Positions 39,396 to 53,300 are shown, counted from the stretch's first letter. The stretch is 60,000 nucleotides of DNA from Callorhinchus milii (GCF_018977255.1 NW_024704742.1:114268001-114328000), one strand, 5' to 3'. Notes: generated by a model from the letters alone, not told the origin. A program made the numbers and translations.

Positions 39396-39562
39396 AAGTC
39401 ACACATTGAATCTGCTTTTGTTTTACTACCTAGAAACAGAGGCATGAAGCCACGTAAAAAGAGAGGAAGGGGAGAGAAAGAGAAGCTGGTAAACTCAAAC
39501 ATCACCCATTTACTTAAGGCATTCCTCCTCATCCTCTCCATTTAAATCAAAAGATAGGAAAT
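39396..39562 (+). repeat. About 165-bp local duplicate of 37638-37901 (without the L2 insertion)
   Basis: aagtca.acattgaatctgcttttgttttactacctagaaacagaggcatgaagccacg...gataggaaat is present at both sites. Confidence 0.93.
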
Positions 39563-42500
39563 AAAATAATTGAAGCAAGAGTGCTGCATCTGCTGCCTAC
39601 CAAACAAAAGCAATATAAATATTTCTCTGAAACGGGAACTCTCTGCCTCAATCCCTCTGCCTTGCCTCCTCCTTCCACGTCTTCAGATCACATCTAAAGG
39701 CCTTCCTCTTCGACCATGCCTACAGTCTCCTCCCCCATCTCACCGGCGCTCCAAGACGCTATCCTGAATGACCGGCGCTAGATAACTGCAAGTTGCTGTT
39801 GTAAATAAATATGCAGGATATAGATCTAAAGTTTAAAGCAAAGTAAACCCCTTTCTATACTTATAACTATTTCACATATGTAATCTACAAAATAAATCAA
39901 GCTACAATGCTTTGTTCCATGTAAACGCTGATTGCAGCATGTTGGATCAGATTACCATACAGATGGACAAAAGACAATATATATGAGACTTAAGAAAAGG
40001 GTTTTGCAAATAGGCTCTGACTAACTCATTTAGTCTTATTTAATTTCTACAATTGGATATTTTACAAAAAATACACCCTAAATTTAAATCTAATTGTTAT
40101 GAACAAAAATTCATAAACCATTTTTTTTCTGGTTACTAATCAAATGAATCCAGCATGACGTAACATAACAATTAAAAGATTCAGCAGGTCTATACTGCAG
40201 TCAAAGGAAGGGCTCAAAAATTAACCCATGCTGGTCTCACTTAATGGATTTATTTTCAGACTTAAGTCAGAAGAATTATGCTAATGTATTATTATGTTAG
40301 ATAAAATATTGAACATTTTGCTGTTTGCATTTCAGGTAAATTGTACCAATAATGCAGTAAAGACCTCATGCCAACAATGGACTGATTTTAAAAAATGAAA
40401 ATGTTTAATTGATTCTTCCCAAGATCCATTACATTATGATAGCAAGTCATTTGAACAATGGGATTTATTTTCAAAAGGTTTTATCTGACGTATATTTCTA
40501 CAATTTGGAAATCTGTATCATACATTAATGTCCACACAAGTACAAGAAGAATACTTGGATTATTTTTAAAAAAAGCACTTTTTTTTTACTCCTGGATTCC
40601 TGCTTTCAAGAAGAAAATATATAATTCTTTTATGACCTGAACTAATTTCTCTCAATAAATGTACTTCTAGTTTCAGAACAGATATGAAGATAGCAGAGAG
40701 GTCGAGGTGGCACAGGGAATCCTGCAGATCGAGAGTACATCATTTATGACTTTTAACAGTTACTTTTAATGCCAAGTACTGTACTACTTCAAACTTAAAT
40801 GTTATCAGAGTTCTAACTACAAAAGCAACGTGACCAAACAGCAACTCAGCTCATGAACATTAAAGGCCAACCACTTGAAAACCTTGCCACTCAGAAACTA
40901 GTAAAGCCAAAGGTGTACCATTCTATCAACACTGCAAATCAGTTACAAGGTTAATGTCATATGCGTTGTGCAGATGATGAATATCTTCTTTTTTTAAAAC
41001 AGGCACTCATCTCATTCAACTTCCATTGATCTAGTTACAATATAACCCTGTAACAGGCTTCTACATATGTTCATTAAAACTAGGATGAACAGTTCATGTC
41101 ACCTTCAAAGGTCTCTGCAAATGAGGTCACTGAGTCAAAGGTTAGTCCAGTCAAGGTTCAGTCTGCAAGGCTGGGGAATTTGAGTGATGCAAATTGCTTC
41201 CAAGGGCTATTTTTCTTAAAGCTTATAAGATTCAACCCATTCCCAATGATTAGTGATCTCATCGTCTAGAACAATAATCTTTTGAGAGGATTTATTTCTG
41301 TAAGGTACTTGAGTGATACAATCTTGAATACAGTATATTAAGTCATACAGTACTAGAGAGGGTTCAAATAAGTGATTCAGGAATTATAAGTTATTATACA
41401 ATTCTTTCTAGTATGAAATATGGTGTGTACATCACAATCCAATTTTCATGTACCTTCCAATTAAACTAGTGCATAAATTCTCCATGTATTTTGCAGACTA
41501 AATTAGGTAAACATAAATAGAGATAGACTTAAAGGTACTGCAATGAATTGTTTCATCCTCAATATTGCTTTTCTTTAGCATTTTAAACAAGCAGGATTTA
41601 TACAGTTTGGCAAAATCTGAGAAAAATACATGCCATCGTGTTTCATTTTTAGTATAGCAAAAGGTATAACAAAATGCAATTCTGTAGAAATTCTATGGGA
41701 AATAAAATATGAATGGCCACAGCTAAGTAGATTTGATTTGTGAATTTGCAGGAGGGAGTTGTGTGAGGATTCTTCTAAAAAGCAGAAAGGTTTCTTTCTA
41801 TTGTTGCCAGAGCTGAAAGCAGCACTGGTATTTTAGTGCATCTTCTTGCCAAACGATACTGCACCCCTCCTCCCATTCCTCAGGAGAGCAGAACTGCACT
41901 GGTCTACTGCTTCAACAACATCAAATATTCACTACAATGACATTTTTCAGCCCTCCACCTCCATATCAAATCGCAGCAGAGCTGAGATCTCAGTCCATTA
42001 ATTTAACCCTTCAAGTTGTGCTATTCAACATCAGAATGAAGCAGAAAAACAAGCTGCAGGAATACAGAAAAGCAGTATTTTACATTCACTTCCATGTGCT
42101 TGTCTAATTACTCAATATTGTAATCCAATTATAAAATCATTCCCACTGGAAAAAAATCAAAATAATTTGGGAGGAGTAATACATTTCTTGTTCACCTCGG
42201 AGTCTCTTTTCGAATTGGTTTCTGTTAAACACAATTGCACTCAGTTCTCATGCTCAATTTCTTCTAATTTTTGCAAAATATTGAGCAAAATATTAATGAG
42301 TCACTGGCACCAGTTATACCGAGGCTGATACAAAGGACCGTGACTGCTTCCCTTCATGCTGAATATTGCTTTGAATAATTTTTGATTAACTACTTCATTT
42401 TGTCAAAGTCTTAGTGGTAAAATAAAGCAACACATAATTTTGTTTTGTCTCATTATCCTGAAGGTATAAAATATAAATGTTTTTCAACCTTTGTTCATGT

Positions 42501-42867
42501 GAAGATGGTTATTTCTGTTATAATGCTGGTCTTTCTTGTCATCTGGTCATCAGTAGGCTCCTTCTTCTTTTCCTCCCCATCTCAAGCATCCAGTGTCTGG
42601 ACATCAGACTCCAAGGCCTCAAGTAGAACAAGGTGATCCATATTGTGGACTCCTCCACCATCAAAAATCCTACTCTGATCTGCAGTATTGTTGAGTAATG
42701 ATGGGAGGAGGAATAATTTTTTTCCTATAACGCATGATTTTTAACCATTATTTGATAGAATAGATCTAATCAAGCATTAATATCAGGTAAAAGGTCTCAA
42801 TGACCAAAACATTATTAAGAGGTAGGATATGGGATTTTATCCATAATTCCCCACACAACATCCAATA

Positions 42868-43190
42868 ACCTTATCAAAGTCATAAATTATGTACTCTCAC
42901 TCTGCAGGGCTCCCTGTGCCAGCTCGACCTCTCTGCAACACGGTTGACCACTTCATCCTTCTTGATCACCTATCACCCACCTCTGTGGGACTGTCCTTCC
43001 TGGTTACAATCCTACTTGACCTATCACTTACACTTTGTTTCCTCGAATAATTCTCCTCTTGCCCTAGCCACGTTGTTTTCATATATGTATGAGGATGACC
43101 CCCTAATCTACCTCTGCTTCAATGCTTCATTCCATGTCTACTGACATTCTGGCTATCACACATTACATCCTGGATGAGAATAAATTGACT
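42868..43190 (+). mobile_element. Highly decayed L2 RT fragment
   Basis: Remnants of LIKV, LDLSA, WLQSYL and YMYEDDPLIYL (YADD motif). Confidence 0.7.
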
Positions 43191-43203
43191 TCAGGAAGGA
43201 CAG

Positions 43204-43403
43204 TAATAATAATAATCCTTACATTTGATATAGCGCCTTTCACGTTGGGAGGACGTCCCAAAGCGCTTCACAGAACACACTGTAAAGTGAATTGACTGTA
43301 TAGTTGTGGGCGAACGCGGCAGCCAATTGCGCACAGCAATGTCCCACAAACAGTCGTAGATTAAAAATTTATTATTGTTTTTGGTTTTTGGAGGGATTAT
43401 TAT
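43204..43403 (-). mobile_element. SINE, 5'-truncated
   Basis: The 3' 200 bp are nearly identical to the 28-353 copy. Confidence 0.88.
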
Positions 43404-43611
43404 TCAGTGGGAAGGAAACGTTGACTACGTTTGCCAGCAGGTAGCAAAATAGAATCAAGTGGGTGGTCAGCAGCTGGGTGGGAGGCGTTATGGGACCATG
43501 TGGGTGATAAGGGTGAAATGGGACGAAGGAGAAATGGGGGAAAAGTGTGCAGGGTAGGGGCAGATAATACTCTCAGAACAACCACTCAGCCTGTAATAAC
43601 AAATTTAGAGA

Positions 43612-44030
43612 AAAAAGTAACAACTTGCATTTATTGGATGTTACAATCCTACTTGACCCATCACTTACACTGATGCCCTTTCACATTAGACAGCGTTTCA
43701 GTGCGCTTAATAGTGGCGGAGCCCAATGCTGAGGTAGAAGGGGGGAGGTGACCGTAGGCACGGTTGAAGAGGAAGGTCTTCAAGTGTGACATGAAAATCG
43801 GGAGAGAGGGGGCAAGACGAAGGAATTGATGGAGAGAGTTTCACAGCTTTGGGGCATTATGGCTGAAAGCACAGACACCGATGGTGGGATGGAGGGTCCG
43901 GGGGACGAGGAGGCTGGAGCCAGTCAAACAGAGGCAGCAGGTAGTAGTATAGGGAGAGTCAAGGTTGGAGAGATAGGGGGTTGCCATGGTTTGAAGTGAT
44001 TTAAATACAAGAGTGAGGATCTTGAAATAG
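43612..44030 (-). mobile_element. L2 LINE 3' fragment
   Basis: FKILTLVFKSL...PTIGVCAFSHNAPKL on the minus strand, with a caacttgcatttat tail. Confidence 0.85.
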
Positions 44031-46914
44031 ATGGATGCTAAATAGAGGTGATTGCTTTCACAGCATTGACTGTATTTACACTGGTCATTAAGAAACATTT
44101 GCAGTAAATAAAATGCATTACTCCAGCTGGACAAATTTTTAACATGTCGTTATCTCTGAGCGATTGCTGTCCTCTCAATTTGATGTGAAGTAACATTACT
44201 CATTTTTGTTCCAGCTAAAATATTCAAAGTTCTTTTTCCATACTTGGCTGGGTCCAATGTTTCAGCAGCTGCAACATAAGGGAGGCACAACAAAATGTCC
44301 GACTTCAAAGTCATCAGGTAGCTGTTGATGGTACTATCTGTGGGTTGTTCATGCGCAGGAAGTGACTGCAATAGTGACCGACAACCTAGAAGTAAAGCCA
44401 TTTTAAGAAGCCAGCTAGTCAGAAGACAGGTGTACTGTGTTTCCAGTTACTGTGGGTATACGCACAGAGCAGCCTGTATTCTTTTAAAAGTCTTGTAAGT
44501 TAGTTGAGTATTTTCCCATTCGCATAGTAGTCATTATAAAATCAAAATGTATGCTTTATTTAATATTCTTTTAATTCAAGTCGGCTTTTTAATTTAGTAC
44601 AATACATAAGGATAGAAAATCTTTTGCATTCTACAAAATGAGGTTTTACATAAGTAACTTGCGATATAGCTGCTCCACTGGGTTTTGAAGAACAAAACAA
44701 CATCCTATAAATCTGTGGTCTGTTACTTTAGATTGGCAGAAAGAGCAAACAAAAGTTTTACTGTGAGGTCAGAGAAACTTGATAAGCAGATATTGCCTGT
44801 GAATTACAAGTATGACAATTTGTCAGACCTGAAGAGATTTGTAGGTGTACAGAACCTATTGTAAACTGATTGAACGATTTCTAAGCCACTTTTTCCTATA
44901 ACATTAGCCTGCTGGAGTGTGTATCCCTACAAATTATTTTTAACATTAGAAGCCGACAAACATAAACAAATTAGAGAGGAACAATTGATTCAATCTCCTT
45001 TGCAGATTGCAGTCAATGGAATTGTGACAGATTGTTGAGTAAAAAAAGATGCATGATAGGTTTGAGTTCTGTTATGATAGGTACCCAACAATTACTAAAT
45101 TTATTCTATAAGCTTGGAGAGTCCTGTCAGGATGAATGGGTTTTGTTAGTTCCATTTGTCACTGAAATAAATTTCGCATTCAACAGTTTACCATGGAGCA
45201 TTCATTTTTTACCAAGTGTGCTTCCAAATGTTAAGAACAACATACTACAAGAAATTTATTTTTGTCTGGCCTATTGCAAATTTGAAGGGAGTTTTAACCT
45301 TGAACACGCCTGCAGAAGAGTTCACTGGGACAGGTATTACCTCTCTTTGCGTTTAATAATGCTATTTTGTGGCTCTCACTTCACTGTTCATACAGCAGTA
45401 TGATTGTGCCATGTCCATCTTCAAATCTTTTCTATTTGCTCTTAAAACATCTTTTGCTAGGGGCATAGGTATGTGGTGTGTAGTAGCGAGTGAGGAGGGG
45501 AGAAGCAAACTATGAAAGCCATTAGAATCTGTTAAATAATTTACAGAATTGACAGTTTTAATGTTTTACTACCTTGAACCACTCCATAGCTAAAGCAAAG
45601 CTCTCTTTTGTGGCTGTAACAACTAACAGAAATGCACTGTGCATATTATCCATTGGAACCTGGGCATTTTTTTGCGTAACATTTCACACAGTTTACAGTG
45701 CATCTCATGTATCTTTATAAATACAGTAGCAAGTTTGTCTAAATTTTAATGTAATACTGAGATTTTAATAAACGAAAACTAGAATTGGGTGTGAAAACAA
45801 AACAGTGAGCCTGTTTTAAAATGATTCACTGTGAATTTGGCAAGAAAACTATTGTCACCAAGACAAAAGAAAGTTTATTCAGAGATATTTAGTCAATGGC
45901 ATAATAATCATCAAAACATGTTATGCAAGTACTATTTAGTAAAACAATTGGTTACTAACAATTGGATTCATAAAGTATTTTATCCAAACCATACAAAATG
46001 AAATGCAACATTTTAATTTCCCTTACTATCCTTCCTCATCCCGCAACAAAAAAGATAGTAGGTAGGTTTCCGATTTACTATCACCCTTTTTAAAAATGTC
46101 ACAAAATGGGCTAGAAAGTGTTTCCTGTTAAGACAAAAGGTTTCCTATAAAGCTCATCTTGTGGTAAAGCTTAGGTTAAACATTAATCATCAATGAGCTC
46201 AGCATGTCACAAAACAAATGCAACCCCATGATAATCCTAGCTAGCTACAAACTCCTATAAAGTATAGTAACCATATATGCAACTCTTGTAATTCAATAAG
46301 ATTGTTTGGAGAAGGCTGGGATAGACAAATGTGAACATTTTCAATATGACAGGTCCTAAGAAGATGCAACAGATTGCCTCAGAAAATACAACTCAGGGGT
46401 ATGGAGAATGGGTAGGTAAATGGGACTGCAAAGATTGCCGGTAAAAGAGTCAACACAGACAAGATGGGCCAGATAGGTTTCTTCAGTGCTATAAATTTCT
46501 ATTACAGGAATTTACAGCATTCTCTAACACACACACACACACTGTTGCCGTGCGCAATGAAGTTGATGTTACGCCCCCGGGAGGGAGGGCATGGAGAGCT
46601 TTGGGGTGCACCTAAGCGATTTTCTGTTGGAGGTAGGAGTGGGAAACAATATTTTAACTCGGCAACTGGTAAATTTGCTAGCGGCAATTGCGGTAGCGTT
46701 GTTACAAGTTATGCAGTTGTTAACACAACTCGTGCATTTAAATTTAAGTGGGTTTAATAGGAAATTGAATGGGACTTGGGAAGTTGTATGACTTAGGCGA
46801 TTATACAAGTTTAACAGATCAGACTTATGCAAGATTTACTATATATGGAAAGATGCATTTTCAAACAGATTTGAAACTACCCATTTTTTAAAGCAGAAGA
46901 ATAATTGAGAAAGT

Positions 46915-47278
46915 CCAGCATCTTGGGAGGACATCCCAAAGCTCGACAATCCAAAGTTTACACCCAAGCTGTGGGTCAGGACTGAAGGAGTATGGGGTGA
47001 GGGGGGCAGTAGGGTGAGAGGGAAAAGATGGTAGTCGAAGAGGAAGGACTTGAGTTGGACCTTGTAGGAGGAGGAAAGGAGCGAGATAAAGGTATTTTGG
47101 GATGGAGTTTCAGAGAGTGGAGGCAGATACTCTGAAAGCCTGAACGTTGATGGTGGGGCAGGGGACACAAAGTAGTCTGCATTTGCTGAGCAGAGGGAGT
47201 GACCAGGTTTGAGGAGATCGCAGAGATAATGCAGGGCAAGACGATGGAGGGATTTTAAGATTAGGATGAGGATTTTTC
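46915..47278 (-). mobile_element. L2 LINE 3' fragment
   Basis: gggaggacatcccaaag tail and gatggagttt...gcctgaacgttgatggtggggc, homologous to the reverse complement of 48170-48620. Confidence 0.8.
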
Positions 47279-47280
47279 AA

Positions 47281-48658
47281 CAAAGTAACCCCTTCTCGAT
47301 ATCCTGACCATCTGTGACCAGGGCTCCCTCTGCCTCCTCGTCCTCCTCGACCTATCGGCAGCATTCGATACGGTCGACCACGCTATCCTACTCCACCGCT
47401 TGTCCTCCCACCTCAACCTTCAAGGCACTGTCCTTGAGTGGTTTAGGTCGTACCTTTCTCACCGTCTTCACTTTGTCTCAACAAATGGCTTCTCCTCCAC
47501 CCCCCGCACTGTCTCATGTGGTGTCCCTCAGGGCTCTGTCCTCGGTCCCCTCCTCTTCACCCTCTATATGCTCCCCCTCGGTGACATCATCCGCAGACAT
47601 GGAGTTAACTTCCACATGTATGCGGATGACACCCAACTCTACCTTTCCTCCTCTACTCTCAACTCCACGACCACCGATGTCCTGACAGCTGCCTGTCCGA
47701 CATCGAGTCCTGGACGAGAGACAACTTTCTTCAGCTCAACGTGCGAAAAACCGAGGCCCTCCTGATTGGCTCACGTCAGCGCCTCCGCACCTCAGGCGCT
47801 GACACCATCAGCATCCAAGGCTGCACTCTCCACCTCTCAAAGCCAGTCAGGAACCTCGGCGTTTTGTTCGACCCTGAGCTGTCCTTTCTCCCTCACATCC
47901 GCACCACAACTGGCACCGCCTTCCATCACCTCCGGAACATCGCCAGACTACGGCACTACCTCACCCCTCACGCTGCTGAAACCCTGGTCCACGCCTTTGT
48001 CACCTCAAGGCTGGACTATGGGAACTCTCTCCTCGCCGGCCTTCCCGCCACCTCCCTCCACAAGCTGCAGGTCATTCAGAACTCTGCAGCTCGTGTACTG
48101 TCCCGCACCAGGCTTCGGACCACATCACTCCCACCCTCGCTCGCCTCCACTGGCTCCCCATCCCCCAGAGGATTGATTTCAAGATCCTCATCCTCACCTA
48201 TAAGGCCATCCACGGCCTTGCTCCCTCCTACCTCTCTGACCTACTATCACCCTACCCACCTGCCCGTACCCTCCGTTCCTCCGGCTCCAGTCTGCTCCAC
48301 GTCCCCCGCCCCAATCGCCCTACCATCGGTGGTCGGACCTTCAGTCTCTCAGCCCCCAGGCACTGGAACTCCATCCCCCAGTGCCTTCGCCTTGCTTCCT
48401 CCCTCTCCTCCTTCAAGGCCGGTCTCAAAACCTTTCCCTTTGACCGAGCCTTCAGCTCCCCTCTCGACTCTCTTCCCCCGACTCGCTCCCTCCCTTCCCT
48501 CCCCTCACCCTGACCATTTCCCCCCTCCTCGCTCCCTCCCTTCCCTCCCCTCACCCTGACCATTTCCCCCCTGCTCGGGTCCTGACCCAACTGTGCAGCG
48601 CCTTGGGACGTCCTCCTGACGTGAAAGGCGCTTTATAAATGGAATCTTGTTGTTGTTC
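47281..48658 (+). mobile_element. Relatively young L2 LINE, 5'-truncated (RT domain to 3' tail), frameshifted
   Basis: [40 protein letters not shown] and HAFVTSRLDYGNSLLAGLP motifs spread over ORFs 47400-48559, plus a stem-loop and (ttg)n tail. Confidence 0.95.
48482..48573 (+). repeat. 2 x 46-bp tandem repeat in the L2 3' UTR
   Basis: ctcgctccctcccttccctcccctcaccctgaccatttccccc is repeated. Confidence 0.85.
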
Positions 48659-48954
48659 TCTGATCTTGGTAACAGTAAAAATTTTACATTATCTGATATT
48701 CAAAGTTATTTTGTTCTTCCAATATTAACAATTTTCAAATTCAGAAAATCCATCAGCAAACATCTCCATACTAAATCATGCAAATCTGCCTCCTTTCCTA
48801 CAGTTAAAGCCAGTCAGTGAGCATGCAAGTTAAAATTCAAACACTGGCTGATTATGATTATTTGCTTGTCCAGTATTTCATCTTAAAACACTATTTCTTG
48901 ATATTAATGGTTCTTTAGTGAGAACAATAATGAGAAAAATACCATATTTTGTTA

Positions 48955-49292
48955 GAATACATTAGAATATACAGCACAGAAACAGGCATTCAGCCCAACT
49001 GGTATATGCCAGTGTTTATGTTCCATATGAGCCTCCTCCTGCCCTTCCTCAACTAAACCTTCAAGCATAACCTTCTATTTCTTTCTCCCTCATGTACTAG
49101 CTTTCCCTTGAATACATCTATGCTACTTGCCTCAACAAATCCTTGTGGTAGCATGTTCCACATTCCCACTACTCTTTGTGTGAAGAAATTTCTTCTAACT
49201 TCCCTATTTGATCTATTTGTGACTATTTTATATTGATCGCCCCTGGTTTTGGTCTCCCCCACAAGTGGAAACATCTTCCCTATGTCTACCCT
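48955..49292 (-). mobile_element. CR1 LINE 3' fragment
   Basis: FPLVGETKTRG...RNFFTQRVVGMWNMLP and a CR1-type tail. Confidence 0.9.
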
Positions 49293-51044
49293 GTAAATTG
49301 TTCAAACAATTTACATTTTAACAATCCCACTTAAATTAAGTTGTAATAATGGCATTTTTTAAACTGTTCCAGGCTGCCCTAAAAGTTCAAATTATTGGTG
49401 ATCCTAAAATGCCTTGTGCAAGTTGTTTGCTGGTTTTGTGATATAACAGTTTTTCAGACAAGTCCAGAAATGGCTAGTTTGGGTTTACAACATGTGGTGT
49501 ATACTCGAAGCCAGAAAACCCAACAACTAATTTGCCATGATACAAATGACTGCTTTAGTAAGGAGTTAGCATCAATTGTCAGCACCATGTAAACCACAAG
49601 AAACCATTGTCTGTTGTCAATCGCTAGTCATTCAGAATAATCTAGTTTTCCAAACTTAACAAATGTCAAAATTCAGCAGCACTGATCACTAAACAATGAA
49701 TAAACCATCCTCACATTGTATTATTCAGTGAACTAGGCATGAAAAGAAGAGAATTGTACAATAAACCAATCAACAGAAAACTTGTCACAGACAGGATCAA
49801 AGTGGGGTGGGCTAATTATAGGGAAACTGTAGAACACAACTTCATTCACAGTAGACCCACATTTTAAGCAAAGCAGCACCATAATGAAAGATACTATAAT
49901 GGAGTCCCCCTATATTATTTTATGTGTAATTATATTCTTGCACCAAGTGTACAAAGGCCATGCCAACTTGGAAAAAATCCTTATGTGCAGCATTGCAGAA
50001 AAATAAGCCAATATCCTCAAAAAGCTTATTCTGGAAGTAATGTCAAGCACAGCCTCTGTCAATCAAACCTTCCTAAGAAGCGCAACATCTACACACCTAT
50101 ATATGCTGTGAACTATAATCCTATATAAACCACTCTTGGAAGGGTAAAAAAAAAAGCCTGTATGTATCACATGTCACCACAGCAACAAACACACTCCAGT
50201 TTACGTCAACATGCAACAAATACATTAATTGTGAATCATTCACCGGAAAGAGAATACAATCTTCTCTTTGCTTATGTAGATTTGATCTTCTTTCCAAGTA
50301 AGCAAGCTAAAATAACCATGATCATGTAAACACTACCATGACAACACTATCTTTGAATGTGTTTTGACTTGGTTATATAAAGGTCAGGTATCCAACAAGC
50401 TAGTTTGGAATCCACAATACATTTTGAAGTTCATAGAACAGGTGAGTTGCTAGCAAAAACACAAAAACGTTTTCATGGTGCCCAAAATTAAGACAAAGAA
50501 TATATTCAGTTACAATAATAGACATTGATACACTGCTTTAAAAGTGACCAATAATTGACCATGCAACATATATTTTAGTGTTATACATATAATTGAATTA
50601 TATTCCAAATATGAATTTTATTTCAAATATCCAACAGTCTCTGGAATCGGTAGACATTACCACTTGGTGTACAAAATAATAATATCGTTTTTAAAAAATG
50701 TTGACATTTGTGTAGAATTTGAAATAAAACAAGCATTCATCCAGGCACTTGGAATTGGCAATTCTACCCTCTTCAAAAAAAAACGTAAGTTACTCTGTAA
50801 TTTAATTCACAAGACTTATGTGAATAAGTTTGGTTGGTTTTCTTGTGGCTTCCTATCTATCACCAGATCGTTCTATATGTCACAGCTAACACTTTATTCA
50901 TCACCAGTTTGCTTCTCAAAGAACGTTTAGATATGAAGCACAGCGTTCTTGTACTTGCCTGAGCATTTGCACTCATCAATTGCAGGCCAGAAGCAACTTC
51001 AAATAATGTAATTTATCCTACTAATTCAGAAATTCACCGCCCAT

Positions 51045-51492
51045 ATACTCACCTGCTCTAAACTCCATACCCTCATCACACCAGTCCTAGTCCGACTCCT
51101 CTGGCTCCCTATTACAAAAAAGATTGGCTTCAAAATCCTCACACTTGTCTACAAATCCCTTTACACTCTGGCACCTCCCTACCTTTCCCACCTGCTTACT
51201 CCCCACTCCAACACTCGCCTCTTCCACTCAGCTGGTCTCTGCCTCCTTCTTGTCCCTCGGCAGCTGTGCTTTCAGCCACTACGCCCCAAAACTTTGGAAC
51301 TCTCTCCCTCAATCGCTCCGCCTTGCCCCCTTCGTCCCCTTTTTCAGATCACACCTGAAGACCTTTCTCTTTGACTGTGCTTACGGTCACCTCCTCCCTC
51401 CGCCCAGCTTGACGTCAGACTCCACCACTATTAAGCGCTGCGATACATTATCCTTCTTGAAGAGCGCTATATAAATGCAAGTTGTTATTGTT
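51045..51492 (+). mobile_element. L2 LINE 3' fragment
   Basis: AFSHYAPKLWNSLPQSLRLAP...FRSHLKTFLFDCAY, then the tail gcgctatataaatgcaagttgtt. Confidence 0.9.
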
Positions 51493-52478
51493 TTAATTGA
51501 GGTCTTTAGTGTATATGCACAGAACAAAAGGAAAATATGGTTACCAAGCAGAAACTGTGAAGAATGACTCAAAGATCAGTGTTCAGTTATTCAACCATGA
51601 TATATTCAATCTGAAATGTAAGCTAAATTGAAATAGAAGTAGGTCAAACTATTTTTAAAGGGAAAGGAAGTCTAAGGGAAGTTTTTTTTCTGGTCAATTG
51701 TAAGAAAAGATAAAATAGTAATTATGAATGTATTTTACCACTTTAGGAATCTTTGAATTTAGCTGCCCCACTACACCGTGCACACACATTGCAGAAATCT
51801 TCCAAGAGTTGTCATATGATTAATGAGAGGAAGGCACTTTGGATCAGGCTTGAACTAATCTGGAGCCAACCTGGTTCAGGTCGTATGCAACAATAACCAG
51901 CTAATATTGCACTTTCCCAGGGTTTGGGTGGCTGCAGATTTATTCCCTGGCCTGTAAAAAATGTCCATGACTATTAAAGTATCTGATGCAACTCAGAGAT
52001 ATCTGGCCTTTCCTGTAATATACATCACTGGAGCAAAGTAACAGCTAAGAAGGTGGTTCCCAGGATTCCACTATAGATTTTCCCACTACAAGTAGAATGT
52101 AGTTTCAGTCTTTCCTTACAAGATTAAGGTCACAACTATTTAAATGATCTGGGATTCTGGCATTGGCAGAAATACATTCCAATCTTGATATTAGGATTAA
52201 ATCTGGTCTGACCAATTGCTTCAAAATACTTGAATATTGTGTGAACTAAATTTAAAATATAGGAACTCAAATCGCTTCAGCTTAACATCCATCAGTGGTA
52301 TTATTATATGGAGTAATTTAAGGTCTTCATGTAAATTGTGCTGCCTATTAGCATGCTTAAACTGACTACAATCACAGTGATCGTCTCTACCATATTGTAT
52401 TTCTAAGTGGATGACCTATGTCACTGGGGCAATTTTGGAAAGAGTTGGTGGAACTCCAGTTCCTTAATAAAAGATTAC

Positions 52479-52745
52479 AATAATAATAATAATAATCCTT
52501 GCATTTGATATAGCGCTTTTCACGTCGGGAGGACGTCCCAAAGCGCTTCACAGAACAAACTGTAAAGTGAATTGACTGTATATTTATGGGCGAACGCGGC
52601 AGCCAATTGCGCACAGCAATGTCCCACAAACAGTCGTAGATTGAAAATGACCAATTTATTATTGTTTTTGGTTTTTGGATGGATTATTATTAGGCGTGTG
52701 GAGTAAGGAAACTTGCCCAAGGTTTCGCCCTGACCTGCCTGGAAA
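52479..52745 (-). mobile_element. SINE, short subfamily, tRNA head truncated
   Basis: Near-identical to the reverse complement of about 86-353. Confidence 0.9.
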
Positions 52746-53214
52746 TCATTCTAAAATCATTCAATGATTTCCTTCTTTACAAAGTCAAATTCAAAGTAGA
52801 GTCTCCATGTGAGAAAAAACAAAGACGAAAAGTGGCAGTATACAACAGCCCCACTGCACCTCATTGTCCATACTAACAGCTTCTCATTGTCTTGGTTTTA
52901 CTCTAACAGTTGTCACTATTTACAATTCATGCTTCTAACAGTATTTTATGAGTCTTTCAACTTTTTTTTAACTACAAATTGCGGAATGTGGAAGTATTCT
53001 CAATTATAACGCAATACAATTTTTTAAATATATAGGAAGGATGTCCCAAATCCTTAACATATTGCTCCAAATATAAGACAATCTTGGTGACTGACAAATA
53101 AATGCTTCTCCTCCCAATTAGTTATATTTGTATAAAAAGGTGATATAGTAATTATAGAGCAGTCAAAAGAGACATTTTACAAATTTTAGAACAATACTTC
53201 ATTACATTAAAAAT

Positions 53215-53300
53215 GATCACTTTACAGTATATTCTGTGAAGCGCTTTGAGACGTCCACAAGATGTGATAAGGCGCTATGTCAAATGCAAGGTTTATTTTT
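53215..53300 (+). mobile_element. SINE 3' tail fragment
   Basis: tcactttacagtatattctgtgaagcgctttgagacgtcc...aggcgctatgtcaaatgcaagg. Similar short or decayed tails occur near 2070-2166, 4040-4140, 5620-5655, 17940-18045 and 55605-55645. Confidence 0.8.
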
